Source: Betaproteobacteria bacterium (GTDB lineage: Bacteria > Pseudomonadota > Gammaproteobacteria > Burkholderiales > SG8-39). Taken from it: a stretch of DNA of 64,000 bases. The number at the start of each line of letters is the position of its first letter. Position 1 is the stretch's first letter. Below the pieces are notes generated by a model that did not search any database, was not told the origin of the DNA, and saw nothing but the letters and a program-made list of their open reading frames with translations. Location: assembly GCA_004297625.1 (NCBI GenBank), contig SCTY01000010.1, positions 74,324 to 138,323 on the forward strand, written 5' to 3'. A program made the position numbers and the translations under genes. Positions 9,611 through 19,171 of the stretch are shown piece by piece.

Positions 9611-9745
9611 ATGGAAGAACGAAAAAGCTTCACCGCGAAGGATATCGGTCGCCATACGGCGCAGCGCCGGCGAGTCGGTTACCTCCTGGAAATTGCCGCC
9701 GCCTCGCTGCTCGCTTTTTTGACCATCTACTTTGTCTCGTGGTGA
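9611..9745 (+). CDS. Putative 44-aa small membrane protein
   Basis: MEERKSFTAKDIGRHTAQRRRVGYLLEIAAASLLAFLTIYFVSW: a basic patch followed by one C-terminal hydrophobic helix. Below the ORF-track cutoff. Confidence 0.45.
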   Translation: MEERKSFTAKDIGRHTAQRRRVGYLLEIAAASLLAFLTIYFVSW

Positions 9746-9756
9746 GGGCTTGACTG

Positions 9757-9899
9757 ATGCGTGATCCGCCGGACCTTATCGTCCCCGGTGATCTTCCTCA
9801 CCTCCAAAGAGGAACTGGACTATCGGGGGAAGGTGCTTGGTGCGTCTGCTACGGCTGCTCGCCGAGCATGTGCCGGGCGGGACAGTGCCCATCGGGTAG
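9757..9899 (+). pseudogene. Remnant of a single-domain response regulator (receiver)
   Basis: Three frames give RDPPDLIV, PVIFLTSKEELDYRGKVLGA and RLLAEHVPGGTVPIG*, in the order expected for a receiver domain. Confidence 0.5.
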
Positions 9900-10055
9900 T
9901 GCATGTAGCTGCTAGGGGCGGCATGGAGAGCCTCCTCTCCGGCAGTAGGTGACGGACGCCAAGAAATAGCCTCGCGGCTCTTTTGGGTGCCTGAGCAATC
10001 CGTCACATTTTTGAGTCGGCGTTCGGGCAGGGCACGCGATAAAGGTAAAAGCTTT

Positions 10056-10077
10056 TCAGGCGCTGACAGCACCTGAC
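10056..10077. promoter_or_regulatory. Candidate transcription-factor site: CTGACA-N4-CTGACA direct repeat within an imperfect inverted repeat
   Basis: TCAGGCGCTGACAGCACCTGAC(A). The 10-bp periodic direct repeat is of the kind bound by OmpR/PhoB-family regulators (inference). Confidence 0.3.
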
Positions 10078-10140
10078 AACGGCGCGCGGCCGTCCGGTTA
10101 GCTTGATCGCTTACGCGGTCGATCGAGTCGGAGGCCCTCG

Positions 10141-10341
10141 ATGACGCTTCACAGCATCTCCTCGGCAGTATTGCTGACAGCGGCAATCGTTTTTGCCGGT
10201 CAGGACGGCACGGACGTTTCCGACGCCCAGACCGCGAGCCGGTTGCTCGTCTCTTCCTTGCGCCACTTGAGCGATCTGTTTCCGTGCCCGATCCACCCGA
10301 TCGAGTCGACGCTGATGGTTACGGCCGGCTTTCGCGGCTGA
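10141..10341 (+). CDS. Hypothetical small protein with signal-peptide-like N-terminus, possibly a remnant
   Basis: GGAGG RBS upstream; MTLHSISSAVLLTAAIVFAG hydrophobic start; no recognised family. Confidence 0.3.
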   Translation: MTLHSISSAVLLTAAIVFAGQDGTDVSDAQTASRLLVSSLRHLSDLFPCPIHPIESTLMVTAGFRG

Positions 10342-10377
10342 CGCAACACCGCAATCCAAGCGCGAAATAATCTCTTG

Positions 10378-11112
10378 CTATGCGGCAGAGCGTTGACGCG
10401 CCAGCTGGCGGAAGAACGCGCGGATGCGCCGCGCATTGGCGCCGAGGTCGCTGCGGCCCACGCGCGATGCCGAGCGCACGTCCACGCGGCTCGCCGCATC
10501 GAGCGGCGTGATGCGGATGACGATATCGTCCCTGAAGCCGAAGAACAGCGTTCGGTCGGTGGCCTCGATGCGCAGTGTCTTCGGGTCCGCAGCGGCGATT
10601 TCCCAGCCGAGAGCGCGCGCCGCATCGAGGCAGCGCTCGAACGCAACGGCGGGAGGCGCCGCGTAAGTGAGCGGGACGATGTCCGGGTAGCCGCGGTGCT
10701 GGGCCTCCGCAACCTGGGCGCCTCCGTACTTCGCGCCGTTCGGCGCCGCGCGTCGCGTCTGAAGCAGCGCCACAAATTCAGGCGGCTGGCGCGTGTCGGT
10801 GGTGATGTCGTGGATCGGCGGCACGTTGCGCGCATGCCGCAACTGCATCCACGGCACGCCAAAGGTCAGCGCGCCGGCCGCGATCCCGGCAATGGAGAGA
10901 GCCAGCGCGCCGCGTGCAGCGGCACGCAAGGCCCATGCTCCGGCGGCGAGCGACAGCAGCGCGCCTGCAACACCCGCCCAGGCTGCTATTCCCAGGAGCG
11001 TGAACCCGAAGTCGTAATCCCAGAGGCCGAAGCGGTGGCCAGGTCCGGAGACGAGCGCCGTCAGTGCGGCGAGCGCCGCGATGGCGAATGCGGCGTACGC
11101 GAATGTCCGCAT
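10378..11112 (-). CDS. DUF1499 domain membrane protein
   Basis: Three N-terminal TM segments; PPIHDITTD and FFGFRDDIVIRI...VDVRSASRVGRSDLGANARRI. Confidence 0.88.
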   Translation of the reverse strand: MRTFAYAAFAIAALAALTALVSGPGHRFGLWDYDFGFTLLGIAAWAGVAGALLSLAAGAWALRAAARGALALSIAGIAAGALTFGVPWMQLRHARNVPPIHDITTDTRQPPEFVALLQTRRAAPNGAKYGGAQVAEAQHRGYPDIVPLTYAAPPAVAFERCLDAARALGWEIAAADPKTLRIEATDRTLFFGFRDDIVIRITPLDAASRVDVRSASRVGRSDLGANARRIRAFFRQLARQRSAA

Positions 11113-11115
11113 CCT

Positions 11116-12489
11116 TTAGATGCGCAGCACCTTGCCCGGATTCATCAAATTCTCCGGGTCGAGCGCGCGCTTGATATCGCGCATCACCGACACGGTGTCC
11201 TCGCCGTGCTCGGCGACGAGGTGCTTCACCTTGCCCAGGCCGACGCCGTGCTCGCCGGTGCAGGTGCCGTCCATCGCGAGCGCGCGGGCGACGAGGCGCT
11301 CGTAGATCGCCTTCGCTTCATCGAGCTCGCCGGGCTTCTGGGGGTCGAAGAGGATGCCGAGGTGGAAGTTGCCGTCGCCGACATGGCCGGCCACCACGAT
11401 CGGCAGGGCGGAGCGGTCGAGATCCTTCTGCGTCTCGACCAGGCACTCGGAGAGGCGGGAGATCGGCACGCAGACGTCGGTGGACACGTAGCGCGCGCCG
11501 GGCTTGAGCTGCAGGCCGGCGAAATACAGGTTGTGGCGCGCATGCCAGAGGCGCGAGCGCTCCTCGGGCTTCGTCGCCCAGGCAAAATCGCTGCCGCCGT
11601 GCTCGCGCGCGATCGCCTGCACGGCGGCTGCCTGCTCGGCGACGCCGGCTTTGCTGCCGTGGAACTCGAGGAACAGCGTCATACGCTCGGGGTAGGCCGT
11701 CTTGAAGTGCCGGTTGATCGCACGCATCGACAGCGCGTCGAGGAATTCGCAGCGCGCCACCGGCACGCCCGACTGGATCGTTTCGATCACCGCATCGACC
11801 GCCTCCTTGACGCTGGGGAACGAGCACACCGCGGCGGACAGCGCCTCCTGCACCGCGTGCAGCCGGACGGTCACTTCGGTGATGACGCCGAGCGTGCCCT
11901 CCGAGCCGACGAAGAGGCGCGTGAGGTCGTAGCCCGCCGCCGACTTGCGGGCGCGCCGGGCGGTGTGGACGATGCGCCCGTCGGCAAGCACCGCAGTAAG
12001 CGCGATGACGTTCTCGCGCATAGTGCCGTAGCGCACGGCGTTCGTGCCCGAGGCGCGCGTCGCCGCCATGCCGCCGATCGTCGCTTCGGCGCCCGGGTCG
12101 ACGGCGAAGAAAAGCCCGGTGTCGCGCAGATGGTCGTTCAGCTGCTTGCGCGTGACGCCGGCCTCGACCGTGGCGTCCATGTCGGCGGCGTGCACGGCGA
12201 CGATGCGATTCATCTGCGAAACATCGAGCGCGAGGCCGCCGTGCACCGCGAGGATGTGGCCCTCGACCGACGTTCCCGCGCCGAACGGAATGATCGGCAC
12301 GCGATGCGCGCGGCATACCGCGACGATGCACGCCACCTCGTCGGTCGAGCGCGCGAAGGCGACCGCCTCCGGCGGCACGGGGGCAAAGTACGACTCGTCC
12401 CTGCCGTGGTGCGCGCGCACCGCCTGCGAGACGCTGAAGCGCTCGCCGAGCAGCGCGCGCAGTTCTTCGATGGCCGGTCCCGGAATCAT
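11116..12489 (-). CDS. FAD-linked oxidase, D-lactate dehydrogenase (cytochrome)/GlcD family
   Basis: FGAGTSVEGH, GSEGTLG, GHVGDGNFH, GEHGVGLGK and NPGK motifs. Start at ATG 12489. Confidence 0.9.
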   Translation of the reverse strand: MIPGPAIEELRALLGERFSVSQAVRAHHGRDESYFAPVPPEAVAFARSTDEVACIVAVCRAHRVPIIPFGAGTSVEGHILAVHGGLALDVSQMNRIVAVHAADMDATVEAGVTRKQLNDHLRDTGLFFAVDPGAEATIGGMAATRASGTNAVRYGTMRENVIALTAVLADGRIVHTARRARKSAAGYDLTRLFVGSEGTLGVITEVTVRLHAVQEALSAAVCSFPSVKEAVDAVIETIQSGVPVARCEFLDALSMRAINRHFKTAYPERMTLFLEFHGSKAGVAEQAAAVQAIAREHGGSDFAWATKPEERSRLWHARHNLYFAGLQLKPGARYVSTDVCVPISRLSECLVETQKDLDRSALPIVVAGHVGDGNFHLGILFDPQKPGELDEAKAIYERLVARALAMDGTCTGEHGVGLGKVKHLVAEHGEDTVSVMRDIKRALDPENLMNPGKVLRI

Positions 12490-12490
12490 C

Positions 12491-12520
12491 TTGACAGCGA
12501 AAAACCACATCGTATACGGT
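12491..12520 (+). promoter_or_regulatory. Putative sigma70 promoter for the TRAP operon
   Basis: TTGACA at 12491-12496, a TATACG/TACGGT-like -10 element 16-18 nt downstream, then a GGAGG RBS. Confidence 0.45.
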
Positions 12521-12542
12521 GCCTCAAAGGGAGGAAATCGAA

Positions 12543-13541
12543 ATGAAGCGCCTGCTTGCATCCGTCGCCGTCGCTGTCGTGTTCGCCCAGCCGGCCGCAG
12601 CCCTGGACCGGATCACCGCCACCCACGCTTTCCCGAAGAACTTCGTCTATTCGCAGAGCTTCCTGGAATTCGTGCGCAAGGCGAACGCCGCGGGCAAGGG
12701 CGTGTTCGAGATCTCGGTGCGCGGCGGCCCCGAGGCGATCCCGATGATGGAGCAGGCGAACGCCGCGCGTAACGGCGTCGTCGACATGGTCTACTCGGCG
12801 TGCTCCTTCTACGCGGCGACGGTGCCCGAGTGCGACGCGATCGTCGCCTCGACCATCGACGGTCCGAAAGCGCGCAAAAGCGGCGCTTACGACGCCTTCA
12901 ACCAGGCCCATCAAAAGCGCATGGGCGTCCAATACCTTGGCTGGTTCGACAGCGGCATCCAGTTCCATCTCTGGTCGACGAAGGAGTTCAAGTTCGACTC
13001 GAAGGGCGACCTCGACATCCGCGGCTTCAAGGTGCGCGGCAACCCGATCTACAACGCCTTCCTCACGAACTACCTCGGCGCGCAGGTGATCACCCTCAAC
13101 TCGCCCGAGATGTACACGGCGCTCGAGCGCGGCACGGTCGAAATCTCGCCGTGGACCTCGATCGGGCTGATGGACGCGCAGTGGGACAAGTACCTCAAGT
13201 ACCGCCTGGATCCGGGGTTCTTCTCGACCGACCTCGGCGTGATCGTCAACCAGCAGAAGTGGAACGCGCTCAGCCCGAAGACGCGCGAGATCCTGCAGCG
13301 CGTGTCGATCGAGCATGAGCGCTCGAGCCTGAAGGCGCTCGGCGAGCTGAAGGAGAAGGAGTTTGCCGAGCTCGCGCGCCGCGGCGTCAAGGCCCAGGCC
13401 ATGGCGCCGGAGGCCGGGCAGCGCTTCGTCGACGCGGCGCGCAAGTACACCTACCAGCGCATGAAAGAGCGGCTGGACAAGCTGCCGGATGGCCCGGCGT
13501 CCTACGAGCGCTTCGTGAAGCTCTTCGGGCCGGGCGCCTGA
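12543..13541 (+). CDS. dctP: TRAP transporter substrate-binding protein (DctP family)
   Basis: Signal peptide; GGPEAIP, GFKVRG and EMYTALERGTVE motifs; followed by small and large permeases. Confidence 0.88.
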   Translation: MKRLLASVAVAVVFAQPAAALDRITATHAFPKNFVYSQSFLEFVRKANAAGKGVFEISVRGGPEAIPMMEQANAARNGVVDMVYSACSFYAATVPECDAIVASTIDGPKARKSGAYDAFNQAHQKRMGVQYLGWFDSGIQFHLWSTKEFKFDSKGDLDIRGFKVRGNPIYNAFLTNYLGAQVITLNSPEMYTALERGTVEISPWTSIGLMDAQWDKYLKYRLDPGFFSTDLGVIVNQQKWNALSPKTREILQRVSIEHERSSLKALGELKEKEFAELARRGVKAQAMAPEAGQRFVDAARKYTYQRMKERLDKLPDGPASYERFVKLFGPGA

Positions 13542-13564
13542 TCGCGCGGGCTTTCGACCGGCTG

Positions 13565-14050
13565 GTGACCGCGATGGCGGTCGCCGCCGGGGCGCTCATG
13601 GTGGCGATGTTCGCGGCCACCCTGATCGACGTGATCCTGCGCAACCTGGGCTTCCAGAGCTCGGCGCACTTCTTCACCTTCACCGAGTACGCGCTGCTTT
13701 TCGTGCCGATGCTCGGCTCGCCCTGGCTGGTGCGCGAGAAAGGGCACGTCTACGTGGAGATCCTCATCAGCACGCTGAGGGGGCCCGCGCGCCGGCGCGC
13801 GCTCCAGGCAATCGCCGTCGTTTCCATCGCGGTGTGCCTGGTGCTCGCGTGGTACGGCTTCGATGTCGCGTGGCACAACTACTGGGCGGGCGACAAGGAT
13901 GTGCGCACGCTCGACCTGCCGCGCTGGGCGCTGGTTGTCTGCATCCCGCTCGGGTTCCTGATCATGGCGATCGAGTTCGCGCGTCTTTTGCGCCGCGGCG
14001 AGTCGATCTATCCGGAGTCGGCGTTCGAGCGCACGAAGAGCGAGATGTAG
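13565..14050 (+). CDS. dctQ: TRAP transporter small permease (DctQ)
   Basis: Four TM segments; DVILRN and GHVYVE. Start uncertain: an in-frame CTG at 13538 overlaps the dctP stop. Confidence 0.85.
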   Translation: MTAMAVAAGALMVAMFAATLIDVILRNLGFQSSAHFFTFTEYALLFVPMLGSPWLVREKGHVYVEILISTLRGPARRRALQAIAVVSIAVCLVLAWYGFDVAWHNYWAGDKDVRTLDLPRWALVVCIPLGFLIMAIEFARLLRRGESIYPESAFERTKSEM

Positions 14051-14053
14051 GCG

Positions 14054-15364
14054 ATGGAGTGGTACTACGCGGCCGCCTTGCTGCTCGGTCTTGCGCTCGG
14101 ACTCATGCTGCTCGGCCTGCCGGTCGCGATCGCGTTTCTCGCGGCGAACATCGTGTCGGCTTATGTGTTCATGGGCGGCGAACGGGGCATCGCGCAGCTC
14201 ATCAACAGCGGCTTCGGCAGCCTCACCAATTTCGCGCTGGTGCCGATTCCGATGTTTCTTCTCATGGGGGACCTGCTTTTCCACACCGGCCTGGCGACGC
14301 GCTTCTTCAACGCCACCGACCGCCTGCTCGGCAACGTTCCGGCGCGGCTCTCTTTCGTGACGCTCGCCGGCGGCACGGCGATCGCCGGGGCAACGGGCTC
14401 GAGCATGGGCTCGTGCGCGCTGCTCGGGTCGCTGATGGTGCCCGACATGATGCGCCGCGGCTACAGCAAGTACCTCTCGATCGGGCCGATCATGGGCGTA
14501 GGCGGCCTCGCGGTGATCATCCCGCCTTCGGTGCTCTCGGTCCTGCTCGCCACGCTGGCGCGCAGCGACGTCGGCGATCTGCTCATCGCCGGCGTGATCC
14601 CGGGGCTGGTGCTCGCGGCGATGTACGGGTTGCTGATCTACGGCTGGACGCTTCTCGACCCGAAGGCCGCGCCGCGCTACGAGGAGGACCGCGCCCCGGC
14701 GCGCAGGCTGTGGCGCATCGTGGTTCTCGACGTGGCTCCGATGATCGCGGTCATCGTGTTCACGGTGCTCATCATGATCGCCGGCTGGGCGACGCCCACC
14801 GAAGCCGCGGCGGTGGGCGTGTTCGCAGTGGGCGCGCTCGCCGCAGCGTACCGCTGCCTCACGTGGCGGGCGGTGCTCAAGTCCGTGGAATCGGCGCTGC
14901 GCGTCACCGTCATGGCCTTCCTCGTGATTTTCGGCTCGTCGACTTTCGCGCAGGTGCTCGCCTTCTCGGGCGCGGGCAGCGGGTTGATCGACTACGCGCT
15001 TTCGTTGCACGCTTCGCCGCTGGCGATGCTCGGCATCATGATCGGCATCATCCTTTTCCTCGGCTGCTTCATGGACCAGCTCTCGATGATGCTGCTCACC
15101 GCGCCCATCTTCTTCCCGCTCGCCAAGACCATGGGATTCGACCTCACCTGGTTCGGCATCATCATGCTGCTCGCGCTGGAAGTCGGGTACACCACGCCGC
15201 CGTTCGGCCTGCTGCTGTTCGTGATGAAGGGCGTGGCGCCGCCGCAGATCACCCTGCGCGACATCTATCTTTCCGCGTTGCCGTTCATCGGCTGCGTGCT
15301 GCTGCTCATCGTCCTGATCATCGCCTTTCCGCCGCTGGCCATGTGGCTGCCGGGGCTGCATTGA
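14054..15364 (+). CDS. dctM: TRAP transporter large permease (DctM)
   Basis: PIPMFLLMG, IIPPS, ATPTEAAA and TPPFG motifs. Confidence 0.93.
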   Translation: MEWYYAAALLLGLALGLMLLGLPVAIAFLAANIVSAYVFMGGERGIAQLINSGFGSLTNFALVPIPMFLLMGDLLFHTGLATRFFNATDRLLGNVPARLSFVTLAGGTAIAGATGSSMGSCALLGSLMVPDMMRRGYSKYLSIGPIMGVGGLAVIIPPSVLSVLLATLARSDVGDLLIAGVIPGLVLAAMYGLLIYGWTLLDPKAAPRYEEDRAPARRLWRIVVLDVAPMIAVIVFTVLIMIAGWATPTEAAAVGVFAVGALAAAYRCLTWRAVLKSVESALRVTVMAFLVIFGSSTFAQVLAFSGAGSGLIDYALSLHASPLAMLGIMIGIILFLGCFMDQLSMMLLTAPIFFPLAKTMGFDLTWFGIIMLLALEVGYTTPPFGLLLFVMKGVAPPQITLRDIYLSALPFIGCVLLLIVLIIAFPPLAMWLPGLH

Positions 15365-16281
15365 TGCGCGCCTGGCGGCTTCACGATTACGGCCAGCCGC
15401 TGCGGCTCGAAGAGTGCGCGCTTGCGCAGCCCGGGCCCGGCGAGGCGCGCGTGCGCGTCGCCGCGGCGAGCGTCAATCCGATCGACTGGAAGCTCTCGGC
15501 CGGCCTGCTGCGCGGCGTGTTCGAGCCGCAGCTACCGCGGGTGCTCGGACGCGACTGCGCGGGCACGGTGGACGCCGTCGGACCGGGCGTCACCGAATTC
15601 GCGCCCGGCGACGAGATCGCGGGGGTGGCCGACATGGCGCGCGACGGCACGCACGCCGAATGCTGCGTGCTTCCGGCGGCGCAGGCGGCCCGCCGGCCGG
15701 CGAACGTGCCGCCCGATGCCGCGGCCGCGCTCGGCGTGGCCGGCGTCTCGGCCTACATCGCGCTCGTCGAGGTGGCAAAGATCACGAGCGGCGTGCACCT
15801 GCTCGTGCATGCCGGCGCCGGCGGCGTCGGCAGCCTCGCGCTCCAGATCGGCCGGCAGCTCGGCGCCGAGGTCAGCACGACGTGCAGCGCTGCGAACGCG
15901 GACTACTGCCGATCGCTCGGTGCGCACCATGTGATCGACTACACGGCCGAGGATTTCGCGACACTGCGCGGCTTCGACGCGGTGCTCGACACGGTGGGCG
16001 GCGCGGTGCACGAGCGTTCGGCTGCGGTGCTCAAGCCGGGCGGCACGCTCGTGTGGCTCGCCGCCGCGCCGTTCGACGCAATGCCCGGCCGCAACGATGT
16101 GCGGGTGGTTCGCGCCGACGTGCGCTGCACCGCGGACCGGCTGGCGACCCTGCTCGAGTGGGCGGCGCGCGGCACCCTCCGCGTGCCGGTCGAGACCAGG
16201 ATCCCTTTCGCCGACGCGCCGCGCGGCTATGCGCTCAGCCGCACCGGACACGCGCGCGGCAAGATCGTGATCCTGACCTGA
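15364..16281 (+). CDS. NADP-dependent oxidoreductase, MDR/quinone oxidoreductase family
   Basis: SVNPIDWK, LGRDCAG, HAGAGGVG and GHARGKIV motifs. Confidence 0.9.
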   Translation: MRAWRLHDYGQPLRLEECALAQPGPGEARVRVAAASVNPIDWKLSAGLLRGVFEPQLPRVLGRDCAGTVDAVGPGVTEFAPGDEIAGVADMARDGTHAECCVLPAAQAARRPANVPPDAAAALGVAGVSAYIALVEVAKITSGVHLLVHAGAGGVGSLALQIGRQLGAEVSTTCSAANADYCRSLGAHHVIDYTAEDFATLRGFDAVLDTVGGAVHERSAAVLKPGGTLVWLAAAPFDAMPGRNDVRVVRADVRCTADRLATLLEWAARGTLRVPVETRIPFADAPRGYALSRTGHARGKIVILT

Positions 16282-17140
16282 GACTCGAAAGGCCGACGCC
16301 GGCGAAGATGAGCCCGATCCCGGCGAAGTGGTACCAGTGCGGATATTCGTGCAGGAAGATCGCCGACAGCCCGACGCCGAACGCCGGCATGAGGGGCATC
16401 GTGACGCCCGCACCGGCGGCGCCGAGGCGCCTGACGACATAGCTCCAGCCCACATATGCGAGCAGCATCGAGCCAATGGCCGAGTAGACGACAGCGAGCA
16501 CGCCATCGGCGGTGAGCGTCAATCCGGGCTCCTGGTGCACCTCCACTGCGAGCCAGGGCAGCATGAACACCAGCCCGAAAGCGCACACCATGACTAGCAG
16601 TTCGATGGTGCTCAGCGGATCGCGCCGCATGCGCAGCAGCACCGTGTAGCACGCCCAGACGATCGTCGAGCTAAGGGCAAGCAGGTCGCCCATGTTGAAG
16701 GACACCAGACTCGGGTCGCCCTGCGTCGCAATGAGGACCACGCCGCAGAGGGAGACCGCGACGCCGATCCACTGCAGCGCGCCGACGCGCTCGCCGAGCG
16801 GAATCGCCATCAGCATGACGAAGATCGGCGTGGTGGACATGTAGAGGACGCCGCTCGTCGCGGTAGTGAAGTGAAGCCCGAGCCACTGCAAGCCGAGATG
16901 CGGGCCGCCTCCGGCGAGGCCGAGCGCCGCAAGCACCAGCCACTCTCCGCGCGTCAATGAAGGAAGTTTTTCACGCAACCCCGCAAGCGCGAAAGGCAGA
17001 AGGATCGCGAGCACGATGAGCAGGCGGCCGATCGTGGCGACGGCGGGCGAGACTCCCTCGCGCACTGCGCGTGCGACGACCCAGTTGCCCGACCACAGAA
17101 GCAGCGTGGCGACGAGAACGATCCAGGCGGTGAAACGCAT
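16235..17140 (-). CDS. DMT/EamA family transporter
   Basis: LWSGNWVVAR start, about 10 TM segments, two EamA-like halves. Confidence 0.88.
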   Translation of the reverse strand: MRFTAWIVLVATLLLWSGNWVVARAVREGVSPAVATIGRLLIVLAILLPFALAGLREKLPSLTRGEWLVLAALGLAGGGPHLGLQWLGLHFTTATSGVLYMSTTPIFVMLMAIPLGERVGALQWIGVAVSLCGVVLIATQGDPSLVSFNMGDLLALSSTIVWACYTVLLRMRRDPLSTIELLVMVCAFGLVFMLPWLAVEVHQEPGLTLTADGVLAVVYSAIGSMLLAYVGWSYVVRRLGAAGAGVTMPLMPAFGVGLSAIFLHEYPHWYHFAGIGLIFAGVGLSSLRSGSRSCRARVRCG

Positions 17141-17177
17141 GCCGGGAGGGATTATGCCCGCGTGCTAACCTCGACCG

Positions 17178-17936
17178 ATGCCGTTGGTGAACGCCGCGGG
17201 ACATTCGTTGTATTACGAGTCGATCGAAGGCCGCGGCCCGACCCTCGTTTTCCTGCACGAGGGTCTCGGATCGATCCGCCAGTGGCGCGACTTTCCCGCG
17301 AAAATCGCCGAGGCCACGGGCTGCCGCGCCATCATTTACGACCGCTACGGCTACGGCCAGTCCGACATCCTGCAGGAAGCGCGGCGCACGGTGCGCTTCA
17401 TGCACGACGATGCCCTCGTTTTTCTTCCCGACATCCGAAACAACCTCGGCCTGGACGACGTAATCCTGATCGGGCATTCGGATGGCGCGTCGATCGCGCT
17501 GATCCATGCCGGCGCGGGCTACCAGACGCGCGGCGTGGCGGTCATGGCTCCGCACGTGTTCATCGAGGAGATCTGCCTCACCTCCATCGCCGCCGCCACA
17601 CGGGCGTTCGAGACCACGGACCTGCCGGCGCGCCTGGGGCGCTATCACCGCGACGCGCGCAAGACCTTCTACGGCTGGGCGGATGTCTGGACCGAAGACA
17701 ACTTCAAGAGCTGGGACATCCGCGGCGATTATCTGCCGGACATCCGCTGCCCCGTGCTCGCGATCCAGGGCGAGCAGGACGAATACGGCACGATGCAGCA
17801 GCTCGACGAGATCGCGCGCAATGTCGCCGGGCCTTGCGAGCTTCTCAAGCTCGCGAACTGCGGCCACACGCCGTTCCGCGACCAGCCCGACGCCACGTTT
17901 GGCGCGGTGACGCGTTTCGTCGAGGCGCTTAAATGA
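17178..17936 (+). CDS. Alpha/beta hydrolase
   Basis: FLHEGLGS, GHSDG nucleophile elbow, DEYG and CGHTP. Confidence 0.9.
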   Translation: MPLVNAAGHSLYYESIEGRGPTLVFLHEGLGSIRQWRDFPAKIAEATGCRAIIYDRYGYGQSDILQEARRTVRFMHDDALVFLPDIRNNLGLDDVILIGHSDGASIALIHAGAGYQTRGVAVMAPHVFIEEICLTSIAAATRAFETTDLPARLGRYHRDARKTFYGWADVWTEDNFKSWDIRGDYLPDIRCPVLAIQGEQDEYGTMQQLDEIARNVAGPCELLKLANCGHTPFRDQPDATFGAVTRFVEALK

Positions 17937-19114
17937 AAGACGAGGCCTCGGTCATCGCGATCGTCGGCACGGCGCATGCGCTGAGCCATTTCTGCCAGCT
18001 CGCGCTGGCGCCGCTTTTTCCGCTGATCCGCGAGGAGTTCGGCGTTTCGTACGCGGCCCTCGGCTTCGTCGTGATGCTGTTCTACACCGGCTCGGCGCTG
18101 CTCCAGCCGGTCGCCGGTTTCCTCGTCGATCGCATCGGCGGCCGGGGCATGCTGCTCGGCGGAGTAGGGCTGCTCACGGTCGGGCTGCTCGTGATGAGCG
18201 CGGCGGACGGCATCGCCGTGCTCGGGCTTGGCGCGATGCTGATGGGCCTCGGCAACAGCGTGTTCCACCCCGCCGACATGTCGATCCTCAACGGCCGGGT
18301 CTCGACGCCGCGCCTCGGGTATGCCTTCAGCGCGCACGGCATGGCGGGATTTCTCGGCTTCGCCGCATCCCCGGTATTCAGCGCGAGCATCGCAGCGGCG
18401 TATGGTTGGCGCGCCGCGTTGCTCGGCACGGCCGCGATCGGTCTTGCGGCGCTCGTGATGCTGCTCGCCAATTCCCATCAGCTTCATGTGACGCATGCCA
18501 TGGCGAAGAAGCCTGCAGCGGCCTGGGATGCACGCGTGCTTCTTTCGCGGCCGGTGCTGCTGTGCTTCGCTTTCTTCACGATCTGGGGCGGCGCCTATGC
18601 CGGCCTCGCGAATTTCTCGATTACGGCAATGCAGCTGCAATTCGGGATCGGCCCCGCGCTCGCGTCCTCGGCGCTTACGACTTACATGCTCGCCAATGCA
18701 GTGGGCCTGGTGGCGGGGGGCGTCTTTGCCGCGCGCGTGGGAAGGCACGAGCTCGTAGCCGGCGCTGGACTTTCCTGCGCGGCGCTCGTGGTTCTCTCCA
18801 TTGCAGCCGGGGCGGTCAGCGCTCCGGCACTGCCCGTCGCTCTCGGCGCTGCGGGCCTCGCCGCGGGATTCACGTACCCGTCGCGCGATCTCATCGTGCG
18901 GGCATCGACGCCGCCCGGCGCCGCGGGACGGGTCTACGGCTTCGTGTACTCGGGGCTCGATATCGGCGTTCTCGCGACGCCGATGCTTTACGGCATGCTC
19001 ATCGACAGCGGCGCGCCGCAGGCCGTGTTCTACGTGATCTTCGGCTTCGCGCTCGCTGCGATCCTGACGGTGCTCCAGGTGTCCGGCCGCGGCCGGCTTA
19101 TTCCGCGTACCTGA
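17933..19114 (+). CDS. MFS transporter (Fsr-like)
   Basis: AHALSH, GFLVDRIGGR MFS motif A, GNSVFHP and GRVYGFVYSG. Confidence 0.88.
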   Translation: MKDEASVIAIVGTAHALSHFCQLALAPLFPLIREEFGVSYAALGFVVMLFYTGSALLQPVAGFLVDRIGGRGMLLGGVGLLTVGLLVMSAADGIAVLGLGAMLMGLGNSVFHPADMSILNGRVSTPRLGYAFSAHGMAGFLGFAASPVFSASIAAAYGWRAALLGTAAIGLAALVMLLANSHQLHVTHAMAKKPAAAWDARVLLSRPVLLCFAFFTIWGGAYAGLANFSITAMQLQFGIGPALASSALTTYMLANAVGLVAGGVFAARVGRHELVAGAGLSCAALVVLSIAAGAVSAPALPVALGAAGLAAGFTYPSRDLIVRASTPPGAAGRVYGFVYSGLDIGVLATPMLYGMLIDSGAPQAVFYVIFGFALAAILTVLQVSGRGRLIPRT

Positions 19115-19171
19115 CGCCGCGGCGCTCGAGCATGCGCAAGAGCGAGGGCTTGATCGTTCTCGGGTTTGCGC

